A stretch of 63,791 bases of DNA, counting the filler, from Octopus bimaculoides (lineage: Eukaryota): the NCBI RefSeq assembly GCF_001194135.2. It is 8 parts of 8 records of this genome, joined end to end, with 100 filler letters (N's around TTAATTAATTAA, not from the genome) between each part and the next. Parts side by side here need not be neighbours in the genome. Positions count along the whole stretch, not along the records: positions 1 to 21,963 come from NC_068983.1; 7 more parts are not named here. One strand, written 5' to 3'. Of the stretch, positions 1 through 13,739 are shown piece by piece. Position 1 is the first letter of the stretch. The number at the start of each line of letters is the position of its first letter. A program made the position numbers and the translations under genes. The notes beneath the pieces are model-generated. The model made no database searches. It saw only the letters and a list, made by a program, of their open reading frames with translations, and had not been told where the DNA came from.

Positions 1-65
1 TATATATACACATATACATATATATACATATACATATGTACACAAATATATATACTTACACACAT

Positions 66-100
<35 letters not shown>

Positions 101-3100
101 TAAACACACACATATATCAAACAAAATAGGAAAATTTCTTCAAAAAGTACTTAGTTATGACATCTTACGCATACTTCTTTAATAATGAGAAGGAAAAGCA
201 GTTATCAACCGATATGCTGCACCTGATTCTGCTCAAATAGATAACATACTTGCCACTGTTAATCAGCAAGTACATTATTCCAGCTTGGATATCACACCTG
301 CTTGTACATTGGATTGCTAATAGCTAATTTCTCAATTTATGTCAAGCATGTTACTATTTTAGATATTCTTGCACATGTTTCTATTGTGTCCTTTCTTGAC
401 ACTTTCTTTGGCTGAAGGATATTTTTTCTGACTCCAGTTATTTTTTGTTCCCTAGCATGTGCAATGAATTAACAGGAATTGGTATGACACATGCCAACAT
501 GAAAATTTCTCCTTCGGGACCGAGTTACAGAGGCACTAATTTCAAATTGCAATTTATCACTGTGGTTCAGGTTTTGAAGTACAATCAGACCAAAATAAAT
601 AATGGGAAAAGGGGTGAGCCAGGGGGAAAATGGATAAAAATTGGGGAAAGAGGTGTTATCAAGGTACCCCCACCACCAAAATAAAATATATATATATATA
701 TATATATATATAGTTTGTTGTTTTAAAGTAGAAAATAAAAACAACAAACAAAAAACCTATAATAATTACAAAGTTAGCGTACTTACAACTATGCAAATAG
801 ACACTATGAATCAAAGCCAGCACACCAGATGAATTCCAAACAAATGAGAATTTTTACTCTTGTGGAACCACACAGGATATACCACAATCTTAGATTACTT
901 AACAGTCAATGCTTCAAATTAGCCCATCCTGACATTGACCAATCTATTGCACTATTTAAACTTTTAACATGAAATTCAGCAGATAAATATATAGAGTGTC
1001 CAACCACCATTGCAGGATGAAAATGGGACAAAGTACGTCATTAAATTACTTTAATGTTCACACTTCAAAACATCATATGATTTTCTACCCTATTGATTAA
1101 ATGTAACTCTTTCTGTGTAAGAGGCCCTATTGCAAGCAAAGAACGTCGATATTGAAGACATGCTAACTACATGGCTGGGAAGAATGGGACAACTTGTGCG
1201 GCATTCTCATGACCATCTTTCTAAAGTGGACTTTTATACTGAGCTCCAAATTAATTCTCCAAATTAATGCTCAATGACAGGGAGTTCAAAAGAAGATATA
1301 GTGATAAGCTCAGCCATATACTGAAACAATGTCTGATGGTCTAGATTGGATAGGAAGAACGGATAGAAGATTGCATTGGCTGGCACTCACTCATAGTCAA
1401 TGTTGTAAAAGCTATACAAGCACATACGTTACAAAAATAAAGAATAAAAGAAAACTGGTCTGTACTGCTTTAAACTGGCAACAACTATTCACCATCATGA
1501 CCACCATGTATGTGAATCTATGTGTACAAGAACATGTGAGCCCTGGTTCAGTGTACATACACATAAGAGTGCTTTTATCCTAGATAACAGCATTGAGAAT
1601 ATCGTTATTAGCATTAGTATATGGCAATGAAGAAATGTGTATGTCTGGTTTCATATATGTATGTACGTGTGTGTATCTGTGTGTGTGTATATGTATGTGT
1701 TTGCATATGCATTTGCATATAATATGTGTACATATATGTGTGTGTGTGTGTTTGTATGCACAGTTAAGCTAGACTGAAATTCTCTTCATTCACTTCAGTC
1801 AAAATATATTTTATATGGATAGGCTTGCTCCTTTCACACACACACATACACGCACACACACACACGCACAGCCATTTAGTATAGTACCACAGAACTCCAT
1901 CCCCTGCAGTTGTAGATTAAGTAAAAGAGGTAGAAACGAGGCGTTTAATTTTAGCAACATACAATAAGTCGTGCATAAGGAAGCTGTAAATCTTCTAAGT
2001 AACATTAAAACAAAATGCGTATGTGTGTTAAATGGAATTTCTGTTGTATAATTTAAAAATCGATTTCATGTAAGCTAGTTTATTCTCTAAGAATACACCA
2101 TTACTGACATATCTTGCTGAGTAAAAAGCAAATCATATTTATAAATTACTAGATTCTGGAATTTTATCCCCATCATAATCATTGCCCTTTCTATAAGCTT
2201 CCTGTTTAATAAATTTCTGTTTACCCAATGCACCGTCGAGTCTGTTGAGACCTTTTACTCAAAATATCTCCTTAATATTCCTACAGAAATAAGTATACAA
2301 GCTATTTTTATTTTGAAGCTTAACTACAGTTAAAAGAAGTCTTGGAGTGAATTAACAGATTCTATTCCAAGAATGTGGCACAAGAGAATCTTGAGAGATA
2401 AAATAGTACTAATAATAGTACATACTCGTTGTTCAATTTCCATTTTTCTCTTCATTCATTTCATAATCACCTCCTCTTTCTCTCTTGTTTTCTCTATATA
2501 TCGCTGTCTATCTATAACTGTTTATCTTCTCCCCTTTTGTTCAGCATTATTTGGCTTTGCTTTAGCAATTTTCTCATCAAATTGTATATTCTTTTTTCCC
2601 CATACAGCCAACATTGTATTCATTCACTCCTTTTATCCTCAGTTTATTTGAGATCAGTATTGAAACTTTGACTCATACTCCATCGTAAATATCCTGTACC
2701 CAGGGACTTCTCTTTTCTCTTCACTGAAAATGAACTGATTGATTTATTTAAACAGTAAAGTTTCGTCCAGTTTAAACCCATTCTCTGTCTTTATGTTCTC
2801 CCTTCAATGTAATGCTCCGAACGAGTGTCCAAATGCTTGCCAATAAAATCCATCTTACAAAGAAATTATTGATTGATTTTTTTTGTTTATTTATTAGTAT
2901 TATTATTTTTCCTAAATACCTCTGATAACCTTAAACCTCCTGTTCTGACAAAAAAAAAAAAGAAAAAATAGATAAATAAAATATAACTGCTGGGTGGGGA
3001 GAGAAGAAAATGCAAGAAAATATTTTTCTTCTTTTATTTATTTATCACTTTCCTTTTGCACATAATTAATTTCCAATTAAACAAAGCTGATAAACATCCA

Positions 3101-3419
3101 AGTCTCTGAGAACCAAACTAATTTTGGACTGCAGGAATACTGAGACAAACTAATTGAAATCAAATTAAATGAGATATTTCTTTCTGTGTATTGTAGTTGT
3201 AGAGATAGCATATTTTGCCTGCGTGGTTAGTTATATACTAAATAATGTTAATTATTTGCTATTTAAATGTAAATCATTAGTTTAAAACACCTTACGTATA
3301 GCTTAATGTAAGAAAAGAAACAAAACATCAAAGATATTGACGCTGTCACTGTACAAGTATTTGATGATAATTTTTCAATTGAAAAAAGAAAGAATGAAGG
3401 TTTTTTTAGTTATTATTGT

Positions 3420-3957
3420 CTTCTTCTTCTGCTTCTATTATTATTGTTTTGTCATCATCATTATTGTTGTCATCGTTGTCGTCATCATCATCGTCGTCAT
3501 CGTCGTTGTTATCATCATCATCATCATTATCATCGTCATCATCATTATTCTAAATTAAACTATTTTAGGGGTGGGGAAGTTAGGGTAGTGTGTAGTTTAT
3601 TAAAATTTCCGCATCATTATTCCTAAAACGGTTTTTATAGGCTGGAATTTTCAACTTTCCTCTGTTGACTGTTTTGAAATGCAGGTTGTAAAGATAAAAC
3701 CATGAACTCTCAGTTGCAATCAATAAATAATTGTGAGTTCAAACAGATGCAAGTGTAAAAATCTCATAATACCATTATTATCATTCATGTTAGAGTTCTT
3801 TTAATGGTTCATTCCATGGAACATAACATGAAGCCAATGGAATGAGTATTTCCATCATCCTCATCATTATCGTCACCACCACCATCACCATCACCAAAAC
3901 CACCACCACCACCACCACCACTAACACCAAACCACCACCACCACCACCACCACCACC
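3420..3957. repeat. (ATT)/(ATC)n and (ACC)n trinucleotide tracts
   Basis: Visible runs at 3420-3545 and 3870-3957; the ACC tract repeats at 4605-4745. Confidence 0.9.
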
Positions 3958-5115
3958 NNNNNNNNNNNNNNNNNNNNNNNNNNNNNNNNNNNNNNNNNNN
4001 NNNNNNNNNNNNNNNNNNNNNNNNNNNNNNNNNNNNNNNNNNNNNNNNNNNNNNNNNNNNNNNNNNNNNNNNNNNNNNNNNNNNNNNNNNNNNNNNNNNN
4101 NNNNNNNNNNNNNNNNNNNNNNNNNNNNNNNNNNNNNNNNNNNNNNNNNNNNNNNNNNNNNNNNNNNNNNNNNNNNNNNNNNNNNNNNNNNNNNNNNNNN
4201 NNNNNNNNNNNNNNNNNNNNNNNNNNNNNNNNNNNNNNNNNNNNNNNNNNNNNNNNNNNNNNNNNNNNNNNNNNNNNNNNNNNNNNNNNNNNNNNNNNNN
4301 NNNNNNNNNNNNNNNNNNNNNNNNNNNNNNNNNNNNNNNNNNNNNNNNNNNNNNNNNNNNNNNNNNNNNNNNNNNNNNNNNNNNNTCAACTTTCCTCTGT
4401 TGACTGTTTTGAAATGCAGGTTGTAAAGATAAAACCATGAACTCTCAGTTGCAATCAATAAATAATTGTGAGTTCAAACAGATGCAAGTGTAAAAATCTC
4501 ATAATACCATTATTATCATTCATGTTAGAGTTCTTTTAATGGTTCATTCCATGGAACATAACATGAAGCCAATGGAATGAGTATTTCCATCATCCTCATC
4601 ATTATCGTCACCACCACCATCACCATCACCAAAACCACCACCACCACCACCACCACCACCTCCAAAACCACCAGCACCAAAACCACCAGCACCAGCACCA
4701 CTACTACCGCCACCACCACCACCGCCACCACCACTGCCGTCACCGTCATTGTCATTATCAATGTTTTTATGACCAATAGCATTTCATTCTCAATTTTCAG
4801 ATATATATATATATAGCCTTAGCTAACTCTGTCAAGTCTATGGAACTTGTCTTTCCAAATGTTCTGATTTCAGAATTGTGACACCAGACATTTTGTAGAT
4901 AGGCTGGTTTGCATTAAAATGTATAATGCATGGTGGTGCTTTGAATTGCTAGCCAGGAATATACGTGACACAAGAGAAAATGATGGCGTTAATATCTTTA
5001 TTTTTCAAGAAATCCTCGACATTTATCAGGCTTATTCTGACCTCATAAGCAAGCTTAACCATCACTGTACTTGATAAAGTGGCTAAAGATAAATCATTAT
5101 GAAATGTACAAACAT

Positions 5116-5335
5116 TACTCTTTTACTCTTTCACTCTTTTACTTGTTTCAGACATTTGACTGTGGCCATGCTGGAGCGTTGCCTTTAGTCGAGAAAATCG
5201 ACCCCAGGACTTATTCTTTGTAGCCTAGTACTTATTCTATTGGTCTCTTTTTGCCGAACCGCTAAGTTACAGGGACGTAAACACACCAGCATCAGTTGTC
5301 AAGTGATGGTGGGGGGGACAAACACAGACACACAA

Positions 5336-5404
<69 letters not shown>

Positions 5405-5586
5405 TATATATATATACATATATACGATGGCTTCTTTCAGTTTCCATCTACCAAATCCACTCACAAGGCTTTGGTTGACCCGAGACTACAGTAGAAGACA
5501 CTTGCCCAAGGTGCCATGCAGTGGGACTGAACCCGGAACCATGTGGTTGGTAAGCAAGCTACTTACCACACTGCCACTCCTGCGCC
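5116..5586 (-). mobile_element. tRNA-derived SINE family A, full length
   Basis: Head GGCGCAGGAGTGGC...GGTTCAGTCCCAC (A/B boxes), GGCACCTTGGGCAAGTG core, internal TA/CA microsatellite, (GTAAAAGA)n-like tail. Confidence 0.9.
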
Positions 5587-5589
5587 ATT

Positions 5590-6620
5590 GTTGAAGAAAT
5601 TAAAGATGTTTAAGGAATTGACATAGTTAGTGACTGGAAATTATTAACTGGTCTCATAGCAGATGAAATATATCACTTTCTGGAGAAGGAGAATGTCTTA
5701 CTAGAGGAGCAAAAGGGATGCAGAAAGATGTCAAGGAGGACACATGATCAACTGTATATGAATAGTAGGATGCTAAGTGATATGTAATTAAGAAAAAATA
5801 ATTTAGCTGTTGGATAGATAGACTACAAGAAGTTTTGTGGTACTTGCTCTTGGAGTGGCTGAGGACACTCAGAGTCTACAAGAAGATAAACAATTTCTTG
5901 GAAAAAGCAATGAGTGTGTGAGATGTAGGACTAACATGTGCAAATGAATCATTAGGTAATGTGAAAATATATACTGAGATATTCCAAGTGGACTCACATT
6001 TATTCCTCTAAGATGTATACTGAGAAAACCTATGCCTGCCAATTAGTTTACCAAAAGCAAGGTGAAAATAAATTACCTGCTTTATATGGATGACGTTGAA
6101 CTATATACAAAAAAATGAAAAAGATCTGTGTTCTCTAATTCAAACAGTAATAGTATTCAACAAGAATACTGGAATGCAGTGTGGGATAAATAAGTGTGCA
6201 GTGTTAATAATGAAGGGAGGTTGACTGATAAGCTCTCATCATCATCATCATCATCATCGTTTAACGTCCGCTTTCCATGCTAGCATGGGTTGGACGATTT
6301 GACTGAGGACTGGTGAAACCGGATGGCAACACCAGGCTCCAGTCTAATTTGGCAGAGTTTCTACAGCTGGATGCCCTTCCTAACACCAACCACTCAGAGA
6401 GTGTAGTGGGTGCTTTTACGTGTCACCCGCACGAAAATGGCCACGCTCGAAAAGCTCTGACGGTATAAAACTACCACAAGTTAATATTAATAGATTACTG
6501 AAGAATAATAAGAGATATGAGTTTGTAGGAGTGCTGCAAGATGATAAGTTAATTGGATGAGAAATTAAAACGAAAAACTTCAAAGACTGCAAGAGTAGAA
6601 TTAAGAATGTGTGAAAAACA
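5590..6620 (+). mobile_element. R4/Dong-like LINE RT fragment, interrupted by the 6237-6451 insertion
   Basis: EEQKGCRKMSRRTHDQL, IFQVDS and INYLLYMDDVELY match R4-type EEQKGC...QGDS...HLLYMDD motifs. Confidence 0.75.
6237..6451 (-). mobile_element. RTE 3'-end copy (5'-truncated LINE or partner SINE) with 7-bp TSD
   Basis: (CAT)n CGTTTAACGTCCGCTTTCCATGCTAGCATGGG...; AAGCTCT duplicated at 6230-6236 and 6452-6458. Confidence 0.9.
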
Positions 6621-7449
6621 AAGTAAAACAGGAGGAATAAATAAGCGTTAAATAGAGGGTTGTTAGATAACTTTTTTTTCTGTTTATTCTAATTCTAATT
6701 TTTCACCAACAATTCTAACAAATCATTGAATAATATATTTTCCTTCATTGTTCCCATCTTCTTTCTAACATTCCACTAGCTTGTCAATACTTTGATAGTA
6801 GAAATTACTGGGTCATGACTCAAAGAATTCATTGAGTCACATTTGCAGTTTCATGTTATTGTTGGATGAAACATCTTCCAGACTGCTGGAAAGTGACCTG
6901 AAAAGGTATTAGTCTGATGGTTCTGGAATTGGACTGCTCTCTTTGTCATCCTATTCATTCTCCTCATTCATCTACCTCTCTAAATATCCCTTTTATTTTA
7001 CCTTAATTGTATATGAATCCATAGTATTTTTTGCCCCTATTCTTCCTTCAGACAGCTACGCCTATCACATTGCATCTCCGTTTTGCTAACTTCCTTGAAA
7101 TCTTAAGCACATCTCCCTGACATTCTTTTGACTCAACACATTCTCTGTTGAGATTTGCTTCAAGCTGAAACTTCCTCCCCCACTACCTCTAATTCTCTCT
7201 TATAGCCATTCTTACTATCACCATTTTTCAACCTTCACAACCTTGACTGATATCCACCAAATTCTCTCCTCATCTTTCACTCTCATGGCACAGACAACTA
7301 AATAGTATTTTGTAACAACCTTTCACCTTCTGGATTACTTTTATATTTCAAAGGATCCCCCTTTCTTTCCTGTGTAAAATCATGTTGTCAACAGTTGGTG
7401 TCGATCAACCTGAAAAGTATGTAATGAGTTTATCAATTGCTTTCTGGAA

Positions 7450-7615
7450 CTGGGTAAGTTGATTACATTGACTCCAGCACTCAACTGCTACTTCTTTAAT
7501 TGATCCTAAAAGGAAAAAAAGGTCAAGTCAACCTCAACAAAATTTGAACACAGAATGTAAAGCAGACAAAATACTGCTAAGCATTTTGCCCAGCCTGCTA
7601 ACAATTCTATTACCT
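7450..7615 (-). mobile_element. SINE family B, diverged
   Basis: GTAAGTTGATTACATTGACTCCAG...AATTTGAACACAGAA...GCTAAGCATTTTGCCC. Confidence 0.7.
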
Positions 7616-7639
7616 TTATGATACCGGTAATATTAAAAT

Positions 7640-7680
<41 letters not shown>

Positions 7681-9450
7681 GAATATGGGTACTTTCATAA
7701 TTATGGACTAATTCAATTACCAGATTGAAATACAGATACATACATGCATGCACACAAACCTACATACATATATGCATTCATACATACATGCATACACACA
7801 CACACACACACAAACACATACATATAATATATACACATATATCTATATCTATGAATTTGTGTGTGCGTGTGTGTGTGTGTGTGTGTGCATGCAGGTAAGC
7901 TTGCTTATGATAATTTGACTGAGAGCAATATAGACCAAACAGAATGCTGAGAATATAATGAGTGTTGCCAGGTCAAGAAGTAGAACCTGCATCATGGTTT
8001 CAGAAGTGTCTATTATACAACTTGCTGGTGGTAAGAGACATACATCTATGAAGTGAGCAATTACCAAATAAAGTAATTGAGAATGGATAATTAACATACA
8101 GTTCAGCAGATCAACTAATTCATATATGTAACAAAAGTCTGCTTTAATATTCATTTGCCCAAAATAACTGTTGTTGAAACTCTGGCTTACGCACAGCCTC
8201 CTGCTTGGAATTCTAATCAGTTTCTAATCAGTATTTACTTGGCTTAAGGCATTATTATTATTATTATTATTATTATTGTTATTTTTTTTTTTTTTTTTTA
8301 CATTTCACTAATTAGACAAGTATGCCAACCTGATTTGGTAAACTGATACATAGAAGTTGTTAATCCACAATATTATTTCTTGGTTTTTCTATTTCGAATT
8401 CAGATGTTTTTCTTCTTTTTAGAATATGATGCAGTTTAAAAAAAATTTTTGTTTGTTTTTGATTTTTTTTTTCTTTTCTTTTAATATGCTGTGAGTTTTG
8501 CTTCATAAATTAAAATATCTGTATAATTTCTTTTTCCTACTAATGTAAACCATGAGAAGACATCTTAAAAAATTATGAACATAATTTAGAAGGGTTATTT
8601 TGTTTTANNNNNNNNNNNNNNNNNNNNNNNNNNNNNNNNNNNNNNNNNNNNNNNNNNNNNNNNNNNNNNNNNNNNNNNNNNNNNNNNNNNNNNNNNNNNN
8701 NNNNNNNNNNNNNNNNNNNNNNNNNNNNNNNNNNNNNNNNNNNNNNNNNNNNNNNNNNNNNNNNNNNNNNNNNNNNNNNNNNNNNNNNNNNNNNNNNNNN
8801 NNNNNNNNNNNNNNNNNNNNNNNNNNNNNNNNNNNNNNNNNNNNNNNNNNNNNNNNNNNNNNNNNNNNNNNNNNNNNNNNNNNNNNNNNNNNNNNNNNNN
8901 NNNNNNNNNNNNNNNNNNNNNNNNNNNNNNNNNNNNNNNNNNNNNNNNNNNNNNNNNNNNNNNNNNNNNNNNNNNNNNNNNNNNNNNNNNNNNNNNNNNN
9001 NNNNNNNNNNNNNNNNNNNNNNNNNNNNNNNNNNNNNNNNNNNNNNNNNNNNNNNNNNNNNNNNNNNNNNNNNNNNNNNNNNNNNNNNNNNNNNNNNNNN
9101 NNNNNNNNNNNNNNNNNNNNNNNNNNNNNNNNNNNNNNNNNNNNNNNNNNNNNNNNNNNNNNNNNNNNNNNNNNNNNNNNNNNNNNNNNNNNNNNNNNNN
9201 NNNNNNNNNNNNNNNNNNNNNNNNNNNNNNNNNNNNNNNNNNNNNNNNNNNNNNNNNNNNNNNNNNNNNNNNNNNNNNNNNNNNNNNNNNNNNNNNNNNN
9301 NNNNNNNNNNNNNNNNNNNNNNNNNNNNNNNNNNNNNNNNNNNNNNNNNNNNNNNNNNNNNNNNNNNNNNNNNNNNNNNNNNNNNNNNNNNNNNNNNNNN
9401 NNNNNNNNNNNNNNNNNNNNNNNNNNNNNNNNNNNNNNNNNNNNNNNNNN

Positions 9451-9480
<30 letters not shown>

Positions 9481-9483
<3 letters not shown>

Positions 9484-9894
9484 TCTTTTACTCTTTTACT
9501 TGTTTCAGTCATTTGACTGCAACTATGCTAGATGCTAGAGCACTGCCTTTAGTCGAGCAAATCGAACCCGGGACTTATTCTTTATAAGCCTAGTACTTAT
9601 TCTATCGGTCTCTTTTGCCAAATCGCTAATTGACGGGGACATAAACACACCAGCATCGGTTGTCAAGCAATGCTAGGGGGACAAACAGAGACACACAAAC
9701 ACACACACATACATATATATATACATATATACGACGGGCTTCTTTCAGTTTCCGTCTACCAAATCCACTCACAAGGCGTTGGTCGGCCCGAGGCTATAAC
9801 AGAAGACACTTGCCCAAGGTGCCACACGGTGGAACTGAGCCCGGAACCATGTGGTTGGTAGGCAAGCTACTTACTACACAGCCACTCCTGCACC
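9481..9894 (-). mobile_element. SINE family A
   Basis: Collinear with the 5116 copy. Confidence 0.9.
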
Positions 9895-10153
9895 TATTAT
9901 ATATATATATTCCACATGTTGATATTACAGGTTCATATTAACGCAGTCACCCTTCTTGAATACATCAACTGATGAAATTTAAACTCAAAACCTCAACTCA
10001 CTTTTACTCAGTTCTCATTTGTGCTCATCTTATTCTCTTCAGACTTAATGATTTTCCACATCCAATGCTTATGTCCACCTCACACCGTCTCACTTCTTGC
10101 ACATACTTCATCTGGTTTCGCCTTCACATGAAAAAAGAAACAGCTTGTCAACA

Positions 10154-10532
10154 GGTGTAGGTATGGCTGTGTGGTAAGAAGCTTACTTCCCAACCACATG
10201 GCTCCAGGTTTTGTTCCACTGCATGGCACATTGGGCCAGCAGTGTCTCCTACTGTAGCCTCAAGCAGGCTAAAGCCTTGTGAATGGATTTGGTAGAAGGA
10301 AACTGAAAGAATCCCATCATATATATATATATATATCGATGTATGTATGTCTTTGTGTCTGTGTTCATCTCTCACCACTATTTGACAACTGGTGTTGCTT
10401 TGTTTATGTCTCTGTAATTTAACAGTTTGGCAAAAGAGATCAATAGAATAAGTACCAGGCTTAAAAAAATTCTTCAAACTGGTGTTCCAGCATGGAAGCC
10501 ATTTAAAGACTGGAACAAGTAAAAGGATAAAG
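10154..10532 (+). mobile_element. SINE family A, diverged
   Basis: TGGCTGTGTGGTAAGAAGCTT head and GTAAAAGGATAAA tail. Confidence 0.85.
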
Positions 10533-11530
10533 GGAAAAAAATTAAAGCAACATCTAAATGAATTACTTCTACAACAATTCTTTCGCTACAACCTTTTTTT
10601 AAACACTACTTAAATCATTTAATATAACAGACACTGTTAATTGCTATATATGTTGTAGTGTATAAGACAGAATGTGAACCTTATAAAAAGTTACTACCAA
10701 AACAGGGATCATTTGAAAAAAGTATAAATCTCAATCACAACATTTGCTGGTTGAAATACTCAGAGCTCGTGTAATCTTACCACTTAATATTTCCAACTAT
10801 AAAGAGCAGAAATATTTGGGAGTTAGATTAATAACAGTAAGGCTACATTAAATTGAATTAGAATACATTTTAAACCTGTTTAACACAATTTAAAGTTGAC
10901 TTGCACTTGTTGCCATTTGCAGCTGCTGATGAACTGCATAGAATGACAAGACAAAAAATAAGAGTAAACAATTCAATGACAGTCTGATAAATAGTCTTGT
11001 AAAGGAAGTCAGAATTTGCAAATTAAAAAACAAAAAACAGTAAATTCATTTCAAGTGAAAGACAAAATTATACTTGACACAATGTGAGTTTCTCCAAAAA
11101 TAACCAATGCCTTAAGTGATGTCACTACTTTTTACCTTATAGTTGCCATGTAAATTTGTAATGTATCATAGGAGGTAACTAATTGTGTTTTGCCACATCT
11201 TGAAATGAAATGCTTAAATTTTAAATAAACTAGACTGTGTTGCATAGCTGTGTGTCTAATAACATCATTTCACTGGTTAATGAAATGGTTTCAGAAGGAT
11301 TGTTGGGGCACTAAACACTCTGGTAAATGTATCAGACACTGATACTTTTGTAACTGTTGGAATATTGGCATGCAGAAACTACTTTAATAATCTTCACTTT
11401 TATGTAGCTATAGGTTAAAATTGTAAGTTTACTCAAATGGTACTTATTTTATCGATCCTGAATGGATTTTAAAAACACATCAATCTAAAAAAAAAATTCT
11501 CATATACTGAACCAAACTAAAACTTGTAAC

Positions 11531-11918
11531 CTCTCTTTTACTTGTTTCAGTCATTTGACTGTGGCCATGCTGGAGCACTGCCTTTAGTTGAGCAAATCGA
11601 CCCCAGGACTTATTCTTTTGGAAGCCTAGTACTTATTCTATCGGTCTCTTTTGACGAACTGCTATGTTACGGGAATGTAAACACACCAGCATCAGTTGTC
11701 AAGATATGTATGTAAGTCACAGACACACATACATATATATATACATACATATGTACGACGGGCTTCTTTCAGTTTCTGTCTACCAAATCCACTCACAAAG
11801 CTTTGGTCGGCCTGAGGCTATAGTAGAAGACACTTACCCAAGGTGCCATGCAGTGGGAATGAACCTGGAACCATGTGGTTGGTAAGCAAGCTACTTACCA
11901 CACAGCCATGCCTGCACC
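11531..11918 (-). mobile_element. SINE family A
   Basis: Collinear with the 5116 copy. Confidence 0.9.
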
Positions 11919-11966
11919 TATGTGAAATATTACCTATTGTGAAATATCACTAGTCAGTCTAATGTG

Positions 11967-12165
11967 GTAAGCTAGCAAAATCATTAGCAAGCCAGGCAAA
12001 ATGCTTAGCAGCATTTCGTCTGTCTTTATATTCTGAGTTCAAATTTCGCCAAGGTCGACTTTGCCTTCCATCCTTTCAGGATCATTAAAATAAGTACCAT
12101 TTGAGTAAACTTAGTCCCTCCCTGTAAACTGCTGACCTTGTACCATCCAAAGTTTGAAACCAATA
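11967..12165 (+). mobile_element. SINE family B
   Basis: AAATGCTTAGC...CTGAGTTCAAATT...GTCGACTTTGCCTT. Confidence 0.8.
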
Positions 12166-12461
12166 TTAATAGGTAGTGTGAAAGAGCAAATATAGCCCAA
12201 CATGTGCAATTTAATTTCAAGCATTACTGATGAGCATTAATTTCTATACCTCACTTGTGGTGGGTAGATTGTCTTCCCTGTCAATTAAATAGAACATGTG
12301 CTTTCTGTGGCTAAGGAGTCTGTCTCTTATTTCTAGCAATGATGGTGGAGGCCCCTTCACTCTTGGTCACTCTTTAGTGATGGTGAATTATTTCCTTTCC
12401 AGTTTTAAATTGTATCAAGCCACCACCTTAATTATTTTATATATATATATGTGTGTGTGAG

Positions 12462-12528
<67 letters not shown>

Positions 12529-12580
12529 CATATGGATGTACTTATATGTATAAAATATCTATGTATGCATATACATATAT

Positions 12581-13048
12581 ATCATCATCATCATCATCGT
12601 TTAACGTCCGCTTTCCATGCTAGCATGGGTTGGACGATTTGACTGAGGACTGGCAAGCCAGAAGGCTGCACCAGGCTCCAATCTGATCTGGCAGAGTTTC
12701 TACAGCTGGATGCCCTTCCTAGCGCCGACCACTCCAAGAGTGTAGTGGGTGCTTTTACGTGCCACCAGCATGAAGGCCAGTCACACGGTACTGGTAGTGG
12801 CTCAAAAAATGTGTTTTTTTATGTGCCACCTGCACGGGAGCCAGTCCAGCGGCACTGGCAAAGACCTCGCTCGAATGATTTTCTAAAGTGACACCAGCAC
12901 AAGTGCTAGTGGCATGTGAACAAAACATTGGACTGACTCCTGTGCAGGTGGTATGTAAAAAAAAAAACACCATTTGAGCGTGGCCATTGCCAGTACCGCC
13001 AGACTGGCCCACATGCCAGTGGCATGTAAAAGCGCCTACTACACTCTC
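12581..13048 (-). mobile_element. RTE 3'-end copy
   Basis: Same (CAT)n-CGTTTAACGTCC tail sequence; runs into a gap. Confidence 0.88.
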
Positions 13049-13200
13049 NNNNNNNNNNNNNNNNNNNNNNNNNNNNNNNNNNNNNNNNNNNNNNNNNNNN
13101 NNNNNNNNNNNNNNNNNNNNNNNNNNNNNNNNNNNNNNNNNNNNNNNNNNNNNNNNNNNNNNNNNNNNNNNNNNNNNNNNNNNNNNNNNNNNNNNNNNNN

Positions 13201-13234
<34 letters not shown>

Positions 13235-13239
13235 TATAT

Positions 13240-13407
13240 ATACACAATAGATTTCTTTCAGTTTCCATCTACCAAATCAACTCACAAGCATTTGATTGGT
13301 TTGAAGCTATAATAGAAGACATTTGCCCAAGGTGCCAGACAGTAGGACTGAACTCAGAATCATGTGGCTGGGAAGCAAGCTTTTTATTACACAGCCATAC
13401 CTGTACC
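13240..13407 (-). mobile_element. SINE family A, head half
   Basis: TTCTTTCAGTTTCCATCTACCAAATC...TTGCCCAAGGTGCC...CAGCCATACC. Confidence 0.85.
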
Positions 13408-13739
13408 TATAGAAAATGTTATGTAATTCTTTAACAAATTATGCTTTTATAGTATATAAAAGAATATAAATCATAGTATGTAAAAGATAACAAGGACAAC
13501 CAGCCCTTCAACCCTTGCACTATTGAATAAAGAATTAGATTTTCCTTCCTGATGAATAAATACATTACACTGGATTCAACTTCGAACTTGCTGTCAACCA
13601 TTTCAGCACTATGCTTCCTATCTTGATGTATATCCTAAACTCTACTCTTTCATATATTACACATATTACCATTGCTGTTGTAAATATTTAGCACATCCTC
13701 ATCTCAGTTGTGCTGCTTGTTTGGATTCCCAAGACTCTC

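Noticed and set aside
1329-1400. LDWIGRTDRRLHWL resembling the Tc1 WIGR...WPPRSPDL motif
   Set aside because: Too short and divergent, with no other transposase motif or paired TIR.
3651-4655. About 270-bp exact direct repeat (3651-3920 and 4386-4655) across a gap
   Set aside because: Identical up to the ACC microsatellite where the contig breaks; most likely unmerged allelic contig ends, not a real duplication.
5520-5586. tRNA gene
   Set aside because: A/B boxes are present but continue into the SINE core and tail; no cloverleaf.
7394-7458. Plus-strand exon ending at GTAAGT
   Set aside because: The donor comes from SINE family B sequence.
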